Positions 9,162 to 19,203 of a stretch of DNA of 64,000 nucleotides are shown here, one piece after another. Numbering within the stretch: the stretch's first letter is position 1; each line of letters starts with the position of its first letter. Under the pieces are notes generated by a model. That model saw nothing but the letters and a program-made list of their open reading frames with translations, made no database searches and was not told the DNA's origin. Source of the stretch: an uncultured Atribacterota bacterium (lineage in GTDB: Bacteria > Atribacterota > Phoenicimicrobiia > Phoenicimicrobiales > Stramentimicrobiaceae). Where the stretch lies: NCBI GenBank assembly GCA_964428905.1, contig CAYSAA010000024.1:7418-71417 (forward strand). Reading direction: 5' to 3'. The translations under genes were made by a program, and so were the position numbers.

Positions 9162-10148
9162 TTGAAATCAGTCCTATGTGGAGGAGAAATCTTGCTTGAT
9201 TTTATTTCAAAAGAAGCGGGTACAGGTTTGGATCATAGTATTTTATTTGAAAAAAGACCCGGAGGATCTATTTTTAATGTTGCTGTTGCTTTGAGAAGAT
9301 TAGGAATCCCAGTGTCTTTTCTAACAAAAATAGGAGGAGACGAGTTTGCTCACGGACTAATGGATACTATAATAAAAGAGAAAATAAATATTGAATGTTT
9401 AAAAAGAGATAATGACTTAAAAACTACACTAGCTTTTGTAGCAATAAATAGGGAAGGTAAACCAGAATTTAGATTCTATCGGGAAAAAGCAGCGGATACA
9501 ATGCTGACTATTTCTGAAATAAAAGAGGTTAATCCTAAAAATTATTCTATCTATCATTTTGGCTCAATTTCTTTACTCAAAAACCCTGCTTCAGATGCCT
9601 ATTTAGAGTTATTGCATATGTTTCATAAAGAAAAAATTATTACTTCCTTTGATCCCAATATAAGGCCACCCTTAATAAAAGATAAAAAAAATTATTTAAA
9701 TATGTTTTTTAAGATATCTAAAATGGTTGATATTTTAAAGATGAGTGATGATGATTTAAAATATATTACTGGTTTCACAGATGCCAAAGAGGCTTTAAGA
9801 AAAATATTGAATAAAATTAATTCTTTTTTAATCCTGGTTACCCTTGGTAAGAGTGGAGTATTAAGTTATTACAAGGGACAATTTATGCATGTACCTACTT
9901 TTGATAAAATAAAAATGAAAGAAACAACTGGTTGCGGAGATGCTTTTATGGCTGCAATCATATATGGATTTTTAAAATGTGCAAACATTCCGCAATTTTC
10001 AATATCAAGGTTAGAAGAAATTCTTACTTTTGCAAATGCTGTAGCTACGATTGTTGGTACACGATATGGGGCATCTAATTCTATGCCTCGACTTCAAGAA
10101 GTAGAAGAATTTCTATCTCTTTACCATAACATAAATAGAGATAAATAA
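9162..10148 (+). CDS. PfkB-family carbohydrate kinase (fructokinase-like)
   Basis: TTG at 9162 lies 10 nt after AGGAGG and gives the N-terminus (M)KSVLCGGEILLDF typical of fructokinases. PfkB signature 2 is TTGCGDAFMAAIIYG. The tracked start at 9120 has no SD. Confidence 0.85.
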   Translation: MKSVLCGGEILLDFISKEAGTGLDHSILFEKRPGGSIFNVAVALRRLGIPVSFLTKIGGDEFAHGLMDTIIKEKINIECLKRDNDLKTTLAFVAINREGKPEFRFYREKAADTMLTISEIKEVNPKNYSIYHFGSISLLKNPASDAYLELLHMFHKEKIITSFDPNIRPPLIKDKKNYLNMFFKISKMVDILKMSDDDLKYITGFTDAKEALRKILNKINSFLILVTLGKSGVLSYYKGQFMHVPTFDKIKMKETTGCGDAFMAAIIYGFLKCANIPQFSISRLEEILTFANAVATIVGTRYGASNSMPRLQEVEEFLSLYHNINRDK

Positions 10149-10293
10149 ATTTAATTATTAATATTATTAATGTATGCTATAGAAAAGAATAAAAGAAGCT
10201 ATACATAATTACTTTTTTAGCTAAACTGTTAATAAGAATCTAAGTTAGTACAAATTGTTTTAAAACTAAATGGAAATGGGAGGTTTAAGTAAT

Positions 10294-10419
10294 GTGAAAG
10301 AAGGCAGAATAGTTCTTTATCTGAATCTCAAAATAGAAGAATTAAAGAAATTGGCCATGTCCCAATTAATAGACGGAGAAACAGTCTGTTTTGGATGTGA
10401 TGTAGGTCAGAGGAGGTAA
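10294..10419 (+). pseudogene. Relic of an aminopeptidase C / bleomycin-hydrolase (C1B) gene, about 41 codons
   Basis: EGRIVLYLNLKIEELKKLAMSQLIDGETVCFGCDVGQ aligns by eye with the internal C1B segment GGRKTLYNNQPIDFLKKMVAASIKDGEAVWFGCDVGK. The frame ends in the SD of the next gene. Confidence 0.55.
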
Positions 10420-10425
10420 TATAAT

Positions 10426-10932
10426 ATGGAATTTCAGGAACTAATCGCGCAAAGATATAGTGTTCGGGCCTATAAGCCGGATGATGTATCACCTGATGTA
10501 ATAGATAAGCTTTTAGAGGCAGCACGACTGGCTCCCACAGCAGCCAATAGACAAAGTTTCAAACTTTTTGTCATCAAAACTACCGGTTTTAAAGATGAAT
10601 TAAAAAAGATATACTACCAGGAATGGTTTGTTCAAGCTCCTTATGTAATAGGAATTTGTGGGATCCCCCGAGGGAATTGGGTCCGTAGAGATGGCAAGGA
10701 TTATACGGATGTAGATTCAGCTATTGTAATGGATCATGTGATTCTTTCTGCAACAGATTTGGGACTCGGTACCTGTTGGATTGGCGCTTTTGATCCGATT
10801 GCAGCCCGGAAATTCCTTGATCTTCCTTCGGAAATGGAACCCATCGCTTTTACACCGATAGGTTATCCAGCAGATAATCCTGGAATAAAAAAACGTAAAA
10901 CCCTTGATGAATTGGTTCGTTATATACCATAG
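10426..10932 (+). CDS. Nitroreductase-family protein
   Basis: RYSVRAYK and RLAPTAANRQ motifs and a size of about 168 aa. ATG lies 7 nt after AGGAGG. Confidence 0.85.
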   Translation: MEFQELIAQRYSVRAYKPDDVSPDVIDKLLEAARLAPTAANRQSFKLFVIKTTGFKDELKKIYYQEWFVQAPYVIGICGIPRGNWVRRDGKDYTDVDSAIVMDHVILSATDLGLGTCWIGAFDPIAARKFLDLPSEMEPIAFTPIGYPADNPGIKKRKTLDELVRYIP

Positions 10933-10948
10933 ACCACCACTTCTATTT

Positions 10949-10976
10949 ACTTTACATAAGATATATTATCGGACCT
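10949..10976. other. Candidate dif site (Xer recombinase target, 11-6-11 architecture) in a convergent intergenic gap
   Basis: ACTTTACATAA GATATA TTATCGGACCT has reverse complement AGGTCCGATAA-TATATC-TTATGTAAAGT. That matches the B. subtilis dif ACTTCCTAGAA-TATATA-TTATGTAAACT (recalled from memory) at 22/28 positions, with 10/11 in the XerD arm. It sits exactly at the gene-strand switch. Confidence 0.6.
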
Positions 10977-11045
10977 TTATTATCTTTATTACATAAATAT
11001 CCTTTCTTAATTAAGCTTCCTACTTTATTAGTACTGCTCATTTTT

Positions 11046-12008
11046 CTAATATCCCTTACTCTTCATTATACCTACTATCTTTTTTGTACACTCTACAACA
11101 TCTTTATAATCGTCAAGATTAATCCAGCAATCTACCTTTGTTTGATTTTTAAACCAGCTCATTTGTCTTTTAGCAAAACGTCGTGTTTCTTTCTTAATCA
11201 TTTCAATTGATTCTTCCCTGGAAATATTTCCCTGCAAATAGCAAACAATCTGCTGATAACCAAGACCCTTCATTGCATTAGTATTTTCATAACCATATTT
11301 TTTTAGTAACTTTTCAGTTTCTTCTATTAAACCTTTTTTGATCATCAAATCAACACGATGATTTATTTTTTGATTCAGTTTCTCTCTATTCATAGCAAGA
11401 CCAATGATATAGTAATGATATTTTAGTTGTTTGGAATAATCATTAGCATCGCTTTGGTGAAAATAAGAAAATGGCTTTCCAGTTAAATAATATACTTCCA
11501 GTGCTCTGATAACTCTTCTAGTATCATTCGGGCTAATCTTTTTTGAATATTCAGGATCATGGAACTTTAGTCTGCCAAACAAATAGTCATTGCCTTTTTT
11601 CTCTAATAGTTCTGTCAATTGACTGCGAATATTCTGATCCCTGCCAGGCCCTTCAAAAATAGGATTAATAAGTGATTTGATATAAAGCCCGGTTCCGCCG
11701 ACAATCATTGGTTTTTTGCTACGGGAAAGAATGTCTGTAATGCATTGATGGGCATATTTTGTGTACTGCATCACATCATAATTATGCGAGGGATCAACAA
11801 TACCAATACCATGGTGTTTATAATGCTCTAAAATAACGCCATTTGGCTTTGCAGTTCCTATATCCATATATTTATATATTTGCATTGAATCGGAGGAAAT
11901 TATTTCAATTTCAGGGATATATTGAGCGATTTTGATAGCTATTTCAGTCTTGCCGCTACAGGTCGGACCGGTAAGTATAATAATATTATTCTTATTATCT
12001 TTTAGCAT
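11046..12008 (-). CDS. miaA: tRNA dimethylallyltransferase
   Basis: P-loop GPTCSGKT and the IPP-transferase motifs GGTGLY and DTRRVIRALE. ATG at 12008 lies 7 nt after GGAGAA; the tracked start at 12059 lies deep inside miaB. Confidence 0.9.
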   Translation of the reverse strand: MLKDNKNNIIILTGPTCSGKTEIAIKIAQYIPEIEIISSDSMQIYKYMDIGTAKPNGVILEHYKHHGIGIVDPSHNYDVMQYTKYAHQCITDILSRSKKPMIVGGTGLYIKSLINPIFEGPGRDQNIRSQLTELLEKKGNDYLFGRLKFHDPEYSKKISPNDTRRVIRALEVYYLTGKPFSYFHQSDANDYSKQLKYHYYIIGLAMNREKLNQKINHRVDLMIKKGLIEETEKLLKKYGYENTNAMKGLGYQQIVCYLQGNISREESIEMIKKETRRFAKRQMSWFKNQTKVDCWINLDDYKDVVECTKKIVGIMKSKGY

Positions 12009-13365
12009 TAACGATTTCTCCATATAATGTATATGCATCTGCCCTTTGTATTTTAACATTTACTAACTGCCCAATAAATTTATCGTTGCTGACATCATTA
12101 TATTTTTCTAAAAATACAACCACTTTATTTGTCCTCGTTTTACCCCAATATTGGTGCTCAACCCCTTTTTTAGATTTATTTTTTACTAATACTTCTACGG
12201 TCTTCCCTATTATGCATTGATTTTTATTGTTTGATATATCTTTTTGCAGTTCAATTAGTCTCCAGAGACGTTTTTTCTTGATTGAAAGAGAAATCTGTTC
12301 ACTAAAAAGAGAGGCTAAGGTTGTTTCTCTATTGGAGTAGATAAACGTATAAGCTGAGTCAAATTGAATATTTTTAAATGCCTGGAGTGTATCTTCAAAG
12401 TCCCCTTCTGTTTCTCCGGGAAATCCTACCATTGCATCTGTGGTGATACTGGCATCTGGCATATATTTTCTAATATAATGTACGATATTATAGTATTGTT
12501 TCATATCGTATTTCCTGTTCATCTTTTTTAGTATTTTATCCGAACCAGACTGTATAGGTAAATGGATATGTTCGCATATCTTGTTACCATCTTTGATTAC
12601 TTTAATCAAATCCAGATTAAAGTCTTTAGGATGGGATGTGGTAAACCTGATCCTTTCAATACCTGATATTTTATTGATCTTTGATAGTAATGTTAAAAAA
12701 TTATCATGGTTTTCTATTCCATTTCCATAAGAATTAACATTTTGACCTAATAAAAATATTTCTTTATAGTTGTAATCAGCCAATTTTTTTATTTCATTCA
12801 ATATTTCTTTCGTTGGTCTGCTTTCTTCAGGACCACGGGTATAAGGAACAATACAATAAGAACAAAAATTATTACATCCTTTCATAATTTGAACATAAGC
12901 TGAAATACGATCTTTATATTTAATAGATATATCCTGCAAACGAAAATGTTTTCGATTATCACAATATATGATTGTCTTTCTTGTTTTATTTTCCAAAAAT
13001 GCTTCCCATATTTCCTTAAAACAGGATGCTTGCGATGGTCCAAATATTATATCAGCCGCAGGTATTCTTTTCTGAATATTCTCTTTTTCCTTCTGTGCCA
13101 GACAACCACAAATTCCAAAGATAAGACCGGGTTTTTCTTTCTTAATTTGCTTGATTATTCCTGCCATGCTGTAAATTTTATCCTCAACTTTTTTTCTTAC
13201 ACAGCAGGTATTTAAAATAATGATATCAGCGTTATTAATATCTGCAGTCATATTATAACCCATGTCTTCAATCTGACCGGCTATGAATTCAGAATCATTT
13301 ACATTCATTTGACAACCAAATGTCTTAATAAAATAGGATAATGGCTTTTTCATGTTAGCAATCAT
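11995..13365 (-). CDS. miaB: tRNA-2-methylthio-N6-dimethylallyladenosine synthase (radical SAM methylthiotransferase)
   Basis: UPF0004 N-domain (FGCQMN), radical-SAM CNNFCSYCIVP and a C-terminal TRAM domain. Lies immediately upstream of miaA. Confidence 0.92.
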   Translation of the reverse strand: MIANMKKPLSYFIKTFGCQMNVNDSEFIAGQIEDMGYNMTADINNADIIILNTCCVRKKVEDKIYSMAGIIKQIKKEKPGLIFGICGCLAQKEKENIQKRIPAADIIFGPSQASCFKEIWEAFLENKTRKTIIYCDNRKHFRLQDISIKYKDRISAYVQIMKGCNNFCSYCIVPYTRGPEESRPTKEILNEIKKLADYNYKEIFLLGQNVNSYGNGIENHDNFLTLLSKINKISGIERIRFTTSHPKDFNLDLIKVIKDGNKICEHIHLPIQSGSDKILKKMNRKYDMKQYYNIVHYIRKYMPDASITTDAMVGFPGETEGDFEDTLQAFKNIQFDSAYTFIYSNRETTLASLFSEQISLSIKKKRLWRLIELQKDISNNKNQCIIGKTVEVLVKNKSKKGVEHQYWGKTRTNKVVVFLEKYNDVSNDKFIGQLVNVKIQRADAYTLYGEIVNAKR

Positions 13366-13481
13366 TATTCTCCTGGTCCTTTATATAATCTTTACTCATT
13401 TTAGAAAGACTCTTATTATTATTATTATTATTTCATAATCAATTTTTATGCATTTTTTTATTTGTAATAAATAATGAAAAA

Positions 13482-13516
13482 AGAAGGAGATATATTTATA
13501 TCATATAGCTCCTTCT
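13482..13516 (-). terminator. Rho-independent terminator downstream of rny
   Basis: AGAAGGAG / CTCCTTCT 8-bp stem. On the minus strand it is followed by TTTTTTCATT. Confidence 0.6.
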
Positions 13517-13571
13517 CTCTTTTATTATAATTTTATCTCCACCACATAATATTGGGCAGATCTTGCAAGTT

Positions 13572-15125
13572 TTATTTGGCGTATTCTACTGAGCGTGTTT
13601 CCCTGATGACGTTTACTTTTACTTGACCGGGATAATCGATATTCTTTTCAACTTTTCTGGATATATCCCTGGAAAGCTTGGCCGCCAGGAAATCATCAAT
13701 CTCTTCCGGATTAACGATAATCCTTATTTCACGTCCTGCTTGAATTGCATAGGATTTTTCAACACCTTCAAAAGAATTGGCAATTTCTTCCAATTGCTGT
13801 AACCTTTTAATATAAGTTTCCAGCATTTCTCTTCTAGCTCCCGGTCTTGAGGCAGAAATGGCATCTGCTGCTTGAATAAGAACTGCCTCTACGGTTTCAG
13901 GTTTTTCATCTTCATGGTGAGCGGCAATGGCATTGACAATTTTGGGAGATTCGCCGTTTTTACGGGCAATATCAGCTCCGATTAAGGCATGAGGCCCTTC
14001 GACTTCCATGTCCGCTGCTTTCCCAATATCGTGAAGAAGGCCTGCCCTTTTACAAAAAGTGGCATTCAGACCCAGTTCGTCAGCCATAATACCCGCAAAA
14101 TAAGAAACTTCTTTAGAATGTTGTAAAACATTCTGTCCATAACTTGTTCTATATTTCAATTTACCCAATATATGAATCAGTTTTGGATTAAGATTTCTGA
14201 CATTTGTATCAAAGGCCGCTTTTTCTCCCTCTTCTTTTATATTATTGTCAACAATGTTTCTTGAATTTTCTATAACCTCTTCTATCCTGGCTGGTTGTAT
14301 CCTTCCATCTGTTATTAATTTTTCTAATGCAATCCTGGCAACTTCCCGTCTTATGGGATCGAATCCGGATATAATCACCGCCTCTGGCGTATCGTCAACA
14401 ATCAAATCAACTCCTGCTATCCGTTCAAAGGTACGTATATTTCTCCCCTCTCTCCCTATAATTCTTCCTTTCATTTCTTCATTGGGAAGGGAAACTACAG
14501 ATATTGTAGACTCCACAGTGTCCTCGGAAGAATAACGTTGAATTGCAAGGGAAATAATATTTCGTGCCTTCTTTTCACCATCCTCTTTGGCTTGTTCTTC
14601 AATATTCTTAATCATCTTTCCGGCTTCATGAGTAAGCTCTTTTTCTAATCGACTTAACAAATACTCCTTTGCTTCTTCAAGATTGAGTTTTGATATCCTT
14701 AATAATTCATCTCTTTGTTTTTGATAAAGTTGATTGACTTCCTGTAAATTTTTATTCACTTCTTGTTCTTTAGCATTTAGACTTTTTTGCCTATTTTCTA
14801 TTTGTTCTAATTTTTGAACAAGACTGTTGCTTTTTCTAATCAACTGTTCATTAAGATTTTCCAATTTATTTCTTTTTTGTTGACATTCAATTTCACTTTT
14901 TCTTATGATTTGGTATGTTTCTTCCTTCGCTTGCAGCTGTGCTTCTTTTTTTATTGAATCAGCTTCTTTTTTTGCATTTTCAATCATTTGATTACAGGTT
15001 TTCTCTGAAGATGACAGTTTTGTTTTTGCAAATATACTAGTCAAAAAGAAGCCAATGGCAATGCCTAACAAAATTGTTACAATTGACAAAATAGATGTAT
15101 TGATGGCTTTCACCCCCTTATTCAA
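13572..15125 (-). CDS. rny: Ribonuclease Y
   Basis: N-terminal TM helix, a long coiled coil, a KH domain ([15 protein letters not shown]) and an HD domain (LLHDIGK). Confidence 0.93.
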   Translation of the reverse strand: MNKGVKAINTSILSIVTILLGIAIGFFLTSIFAKTKLSSSEKTCNQMIENAKKEADSIKKEAQLQAKEETYQIIRKSEIECQQKRNKLENLNEQLIRKSNSLVQKLEQIENRQKSLNAKEQEVNKNLQEVNQLYQKQRDELLRISKLNLEEAKEYLLSRLEKELTHEAGKMIKNIEEQAKEDGEKKARNIISLAIQRYSSEDTVESTISVVSLPNEEMKGRIIGREGRNIRTFERIAGVDLIVDDTPEAVIISGFDPIRREVARIALEKLITDGRIQPARIEEVIENSRNIVDNNIKEEGEKAAFDTNVRNLNPKLIHILGKLKYRTSYGQNVLQHSKEVSYFAGIMADELGLNATFCKRAGLLHDIGKAADMEVEGPHALIGADIARKNGESPKIVNAIAAHHEDEKPETVEAVLIQAADAISASRPGARREMLETYIKRLQQLEEIANSFEGVEKSYAIQAGREIRIIVNPEEIDDFLAAKLSRDISRKVEKNIDYPGQVKVNVIRETRSVEYAK

Positions 15126-15362
15126 TTTAAAAGGTTCATAAATCTTCTAGAATATATTAAAGCAATCGCTAATCAGTATTCCTTGTTATTGTGAACTATC
15201 AAACGACCAAATTCTCTTTATATAACTAGATAGCAATATTATCTAAGGATGAATTGTTAAAGATATAATTAACTTATATATTTTATCTCTATCAAAAATA
15301 AAAGTCAAATAGTAGTCTGTATCTGTAGCACAACAAACTTAATTTATACAATTCCAAACAAT

Positions 15363-16004
15363 CTAATCGGTAAATAACTCGTTATAAATATGATGAATAA
15401 TTTGGTAAGAGAATCCTCGTGATTTCAATAGACTGATAACTTTTTTGGGCTCTAAAGGAATGTTTTTGGACTGAAAAGAGTCCTTTTTTTTATCTATTAA
15501 TTGATAAGCTAATTCCAATTCATCTTTGTCTTTTTCAAAAAAAGAATGAATAGTATTTTCAATAAGTTCTGTGTCGATGCCTTTATTATATAAATCTTTT
15601 TTAAGCTTTAATTTACCCATAGGTTTGTTGTTTATTCGGTCTTTTATCCACATGAGACAAAATTCCCGGTCATCAATAAGTTTATTATCTTTCAACCATT
15701 GCATAGTTTTATCAACAATACCTGTTTGATAACTTTTATTTTGTAATTTATTCGTCATCTCCCATTCAGTTCTGGGTCTGTAAGATAAAAACCGAATTGA
15801 ATCATTTTTCGCCCTGTTCAATGTTTCTTTTTGCTGTATAGTATCGATAAGATTATCCGTTATCGTTTTGCCAATATATAGATTCAAATCGTTTATAATC
15901 GTATCATCTAATTCGATGAATAATTCATGGTCTATATATATTTTTTTTCTTTTTATATTATTTTTCTTGACTTTTATATCAGTTATTTTTCGATTCTTGT
16001 TCAC
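15363..16004 (-). CDS. recX: Recombination regulator RecX
   Basis: Three-repeat RecX-like helical profile ([13 protein letters not shown]..., L..KGI, LL.RGFSY). Lies directly after recA and overlaps its end. Confidence 0.8.
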   Translation of the reverse strand: MNKNRKITDIKVKKNNIKRKKIYIDHELFIELDDTIINDLNLYIGKTITDNLIDTIQQKETLNRAKNDSIRFLSYRPRTEWEMTNKLQNKSYQTGIVDKTMQWLKDNKLIDDREFCLMWIKDRINNKPMGKLKLKKDLYNKGIDTELIENTIHSFFEKDKDELELAYQLIDKKKDSFQSKNIPLEPKKVISLLKSRGFSYQIIHHIYNELFTD

Positions 16005-17034
16005 TTTTAAACCTGGTTTCCATATTAGGCAGATTAACTGCCGCTACAATTTTTTCCTCGATTTCACTGGATATTTTTGGATTTTCTAATAGATATACCT
16101 TGGTATTTTCTTTCCCCTGACCTATTTGCATATCATTATAAGAAAACCAGGTGCCGGATTTTTGGATAATATCATATTGAACACCCAAATTAAATATATC
16201 TCCCTCTCTGGAAATGCCCTTTCCAAAAATAATGTCAAAGATAGCTTCCTGAAATGGCGGGGCTAATTTATTTTTAACAACCTTGACTCTTACGTTAATG
16301 CCAATATTGGTATCATTTTTTTTAATAGAAGCTTTTCTTCTTATATCCAATCTAATAGTTGAATAGAATTTTAGTGCTCGTCCCCCGGGGGTAGTTTCAG
16401 GGTTTCCAAAAATAATTCCGATTTTTTCCCTGATCTGATTGACAAAAATTGTTGTTGTTCTGGACTTGTTAATAATAGCAGTCAGCTTCCTCAATGCCTG
16501 GGACATCAAACGGGCCTGCAGTCCCATGGAGGCATCTCCCATTTCCCCCTCTATTTCTGCTTTTGGTACCAGGGCTGCGACTGAATCAATAACGATAATA
16601 TCGACAGCATTACTTCTTACTAAGGACTCGGCAATTTCCAGTGCCTGTTCGCCTGTATCGGGTTGCGAGATAATTAGCTCATCGATATTAATTCCGATAT
16701 TTTTTGCATAAATTGGGTCCAGGGCATGCTCAGCATCAATAAAAGCAGCAATACCTTTGTTTTTTTGTGCCTCAGCAATCATGTGTAAAGCCAAGGTTGT
16801 CTTACCAGATGATTCGGGGCCGAATATTTCTATAATCCTGCCCCGAGGAACACCACCAATTCCCAAAGCAATATCTAAGGCTAAAGAGCCGGATGAAATA
16901 GTATTGCTTCCGCTAACCTTTGGCTTATCACCGAACTTCATAATTGAACCTTTGCCAAAACGATGCTCTATATTCTCCATTGCCATTTTTAGAGCCTTCT
17001 CCCTTTCTGAGAAATTATTCTTGCTTTCTTTCAT
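15979..17034 (-). CDS. recA: Recombinase A
   Basis: Canonical RecA sequence throughout, including Walker [13 protein letters not shown] and the [16 protein letters not shown] and [10 protein letters not shown]-type motifs. Confidence 0.97.
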   Translation of the reverse strand: MKESKNNFSEREKALKMAMENIEHRFGKGSIMKFGDKPKVSGSNTISSGSLALDIALGIGGVPRGRIIEIFGPESSGKTTLALHMIAEAQKNKGIAAFIDAEHALDPIYAKNIGINIDELIISQPDTGEQALEIAESLVRSNAVDIIVIDSVAALVPKAEIEGEMGDASMGLQARLMSQALRKLTAIINKSRTTTIFVNQIREKIGIIFGNPETTPGGRALKFYSTIRLDIRRKASIKKNDTNIGINVRVKVVKNKLAPPFQEAIFDIIFGKGISREGDIFNLGVQYDIIQKSGTWFSYNDMQIGQGKENTKVYLLENPKISSEIEEKIVAAVNLPNMETRFKSEQESKNN

Positions 17035-17145
17035 AAATTACTCCTTATTATGATTTTTCTGTAGTTTAAGCAAATTATAAGCAAATTAGTTAAAAATATG
17101 GTCAATACATTTACAAATAATATTTTACACCATAGTATTTTCATG

Positions 17146-17730
17146 TTACAAGAGTGGAAATGTTTTAATAATGGTATAGATAGGTCCTTGTGGCGTTAAA
17201 TTACTTTCCATTAACTCAATAGAACGAATTCTTTGAGAAATATTTTTAAATTGAATGTTATTTATATCATCAATGAATTTGTCTGAGTTTTTTAGATATT
17301 TTATTCTTCCTAAGGTAATATGAGCGGCAAAGTCTTTATCTTTACGATAAAATCCTTCTTTCATTAGTGACCGTTCAATATCATGGTATATTTTCTCAAC
17401 TTCGCTATAACCTTTTTCAATACCAATCCAGATAACACGAGGCCTCCCGGGGCCGGGGAATAACCCAATATTTTTTGAAAGATCGATCTTAAAAGACTGG
17501 TGTTGGGATGATATTTTTTGAAGATTGAGTAATGTTTTTTCAATTTCTAAAATACTCAAATCACCCAGAAACTTCAAAGAAATATGCAAATTCTTTCTTT
17601 CAACAAATTTTATTTTTAGATGGATATCTTTAAAGTCTTTAATTTCTTCTTGAATATCAGCAATATATTGTTTGATTTCTCGATCTAAATTAATTGCAAT
17701 GAATGCCCGGTTTGTATCATTAACCTTAAT
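17146..17730 (-). CDS. thpR: RNA 2',3'-cyclic phosphodiesterase (2H phosphoesterase, ThpR/LigT); probable non-canonical ATT start
   Basis: Two HxS/Tx motifs (HISLKFLG, HITLGR). The conserved N-terminal strand NRAFIAINL lies in frame upstream of the first canonical start at 17589. The frame is open to a TAG at 17752-17754. GGGGAG lies 7 nt before the ATT at 17730. Confidence 0.7.
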   Translation of the reverse strand: MKVNDTNRAFIAINLDREIKQYIADIQEEIKDFKDIHLKIKFVERKNLHISLKFLGDLSILEIEKTLLNLQKISSQHQSFKIDLSKNIGLFPGPGRPRVIWIGIEKGYSEVEKIYHDIERSLMKEGFYRKDKDFAAHITLGRIKYLKNSDKFIDDINNIQFKNISQRIRSIELMESNLTPQGPIYTIIKTFPLL

Positions 17731-17752
17731 AGTATTACTCCCCTGCTACATT

Positions 17753-18340
17753 TTAATAATCATTTCCACTTTCAGGTATGAGTCTGTTACCTGTTCTGAG
17801 CTGCTCTTTATATTCCTTTCTTACCTGATTTAAAAAATTAATATATAAATCGGTCTGATAATTCTGATAGGTCCACTCTAAAGAATGAAAGGATTTATTG
17901 ATAAATCCAAGTGTAATTTCAGCATATATTCCCTGTTTTAAATAAATTCTGGCCGGTCCATTTTTTGTGCTTGCTAAAATAAATTTGCCAAGTGTTAAAT
18001 ATCCGGGATCAAGATTTAACTTTCTTTTAATTCCTTTGGCTGTATTCTCCTGATGGTTATCTACGCTGAGGGTAAACTCTAATTGATTGCTATCGATTTT
18101 AATCTGACTTAACCGAACGGGTAGGATTAATTTTTTAAAAGAGAGTAATTTCTGTTTAAGATGCTCTCCCATTTCATTTCTATAATAATCGGTAAAACCA
18201 AATGTTTGATAATTGCTTTCCAGATCAATTTTGCCAAAAATATTGGCCAAACATTTTTTTGCTTCTAAAAAATAGTTTTCTTCAGCGCTAATGATACTAA
18301 ATATTAATTTGACAGGGTTAGGATAAATAATCTTTCCCAT
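17753..18340 (-). CDS. Conserved hypothetical protein (resembles the DUF4416 family from memory)
   Basis: 195-aa soluble protein with no catalytic motif recognised. The family assignment is unverified. It is tightly packed between the rodZ-like gene and thpR. Confidence 0.45.
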   Translation of the reverse strand: MGKIIYPNPVKLIFSIISAEENYFLEAKKCLANIFGKIDLESNYQTFGFTDYYRNEMGEHLKQKLLSFKKLILPVRLSQIKIDSNQLEFTLSVDNHQENTAKGIKRKLNLDPGYLTLGKFILASTKNGPARIYLKQGIYAEITLGFINKSFHSLEWTYQNYQTDLYINFLNQVRKEYKEQLRTGNRLIPESGNDY

Positions 18341-18343
18341 TGT

Positions 18344-19183
18344 TTAATTATTCTCATTATTGGCAATGATCTGATATTGTACAATACGATAATGATCAGA
18401 AGACTGGGCATCAATTGCTTGATCATCATAAAAAACGCCAATATCACTGGAATTATTTGTTAACAAAAAAACCGTTCCTTCAGATTTTATAGTAATTTCT
18501 TCTGTAGACAAGATAACACTTTCAAATAAAACTTCACCATCCTGTACGATTTTTACCCAGGCAGGATCCTGAGTGGTAATTATAATAGGCTTATATTCAG
18601 GCAATGGTTCTAATAAATTTTCAGAAGAAGTTGTCGTTATTTCTTCTTCCTTTATATTTTCTTCAGCCATTTCAGTCAATTCCTGTTCTATAGACTTTTC
18701 TTCAATTAGAGTGTTTTCACTTTCTTCCTCTTGTGTCACAGGTATAGGAGGTTGTTCGCTTCTATTAAGAAACTGAGTTACAATAAAAATAATGCCTCCT
18801 ATGAAAAGTATAATCATCGCAACCTTAATTAAAGGAAAATAGTTAACTGATTTTTTTTCTCTTTTAATACGGTATTTTCTTTTTTCCGGAGAAAAATACC
18901 TTCCGGGTTTATTTCTTTTTGTTACCGGTTCAGATTCTCTTGGTTTTGGTATCTGCTCAGTTTTTTCCAATGATTGATTAATATAATCCTGATCTGCTTC
19001 CAGATAATTGGCATAATTTCTTAAATAACCGACAAAATAAGTTCTACCGGGAAGCACACTTTCATCTCCTTCTTCAATGGCAATCAGATATTTTTTTCTA
19101 ATTTTCAGGTATTGCTCAGCATCTTCCAGTGATATGCCCAATTCTAATCTTCTATTTTTTAAATATTCTCCAATTTCCTTCAT
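18344..19183 (-). CDS. RodZ-like cytoskeleton protein (XRE-type HTH, single TM, DUF4115-like C-domain)
   Basis: N-terminal HTH IGEYLKNRRLELGISLEDAEQYLKIRKKYLIAIEEGD, a basic linker, TM helix FPLIKVAMIILFIGGIIFIV, an acidic spacer and a beta-rich C-terminal domain. Confidence 0.7.
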   Translation of the reverse strand: MKEIGEYLKNRRLELGISLEDAEQYLKIRKKYLIAIEEGDESVLPGRTYFVGYLRNYANYLEADQDYINQSLEKTEQIPKPRESEPVTKRNKPGRYFSPEKRKYRIKREKKSVNYFPLIKVAMIILFIGGIIFIVTQFLNRSEQPPIPVTQEEESENTLIEEKSIEQELTEMAEENIKEEEITTTSSENLLEPLPEYKPIIITTQDPAWVKIVQDGEVLFESVILSTEEITIKSEGTVFLLTNNSSDIGVFYDDQAIDAQSSDHYRIVQYQIIANNENN

Positions 19184-19203
19184 TTTATAATGATACTCCT
19201 ATC

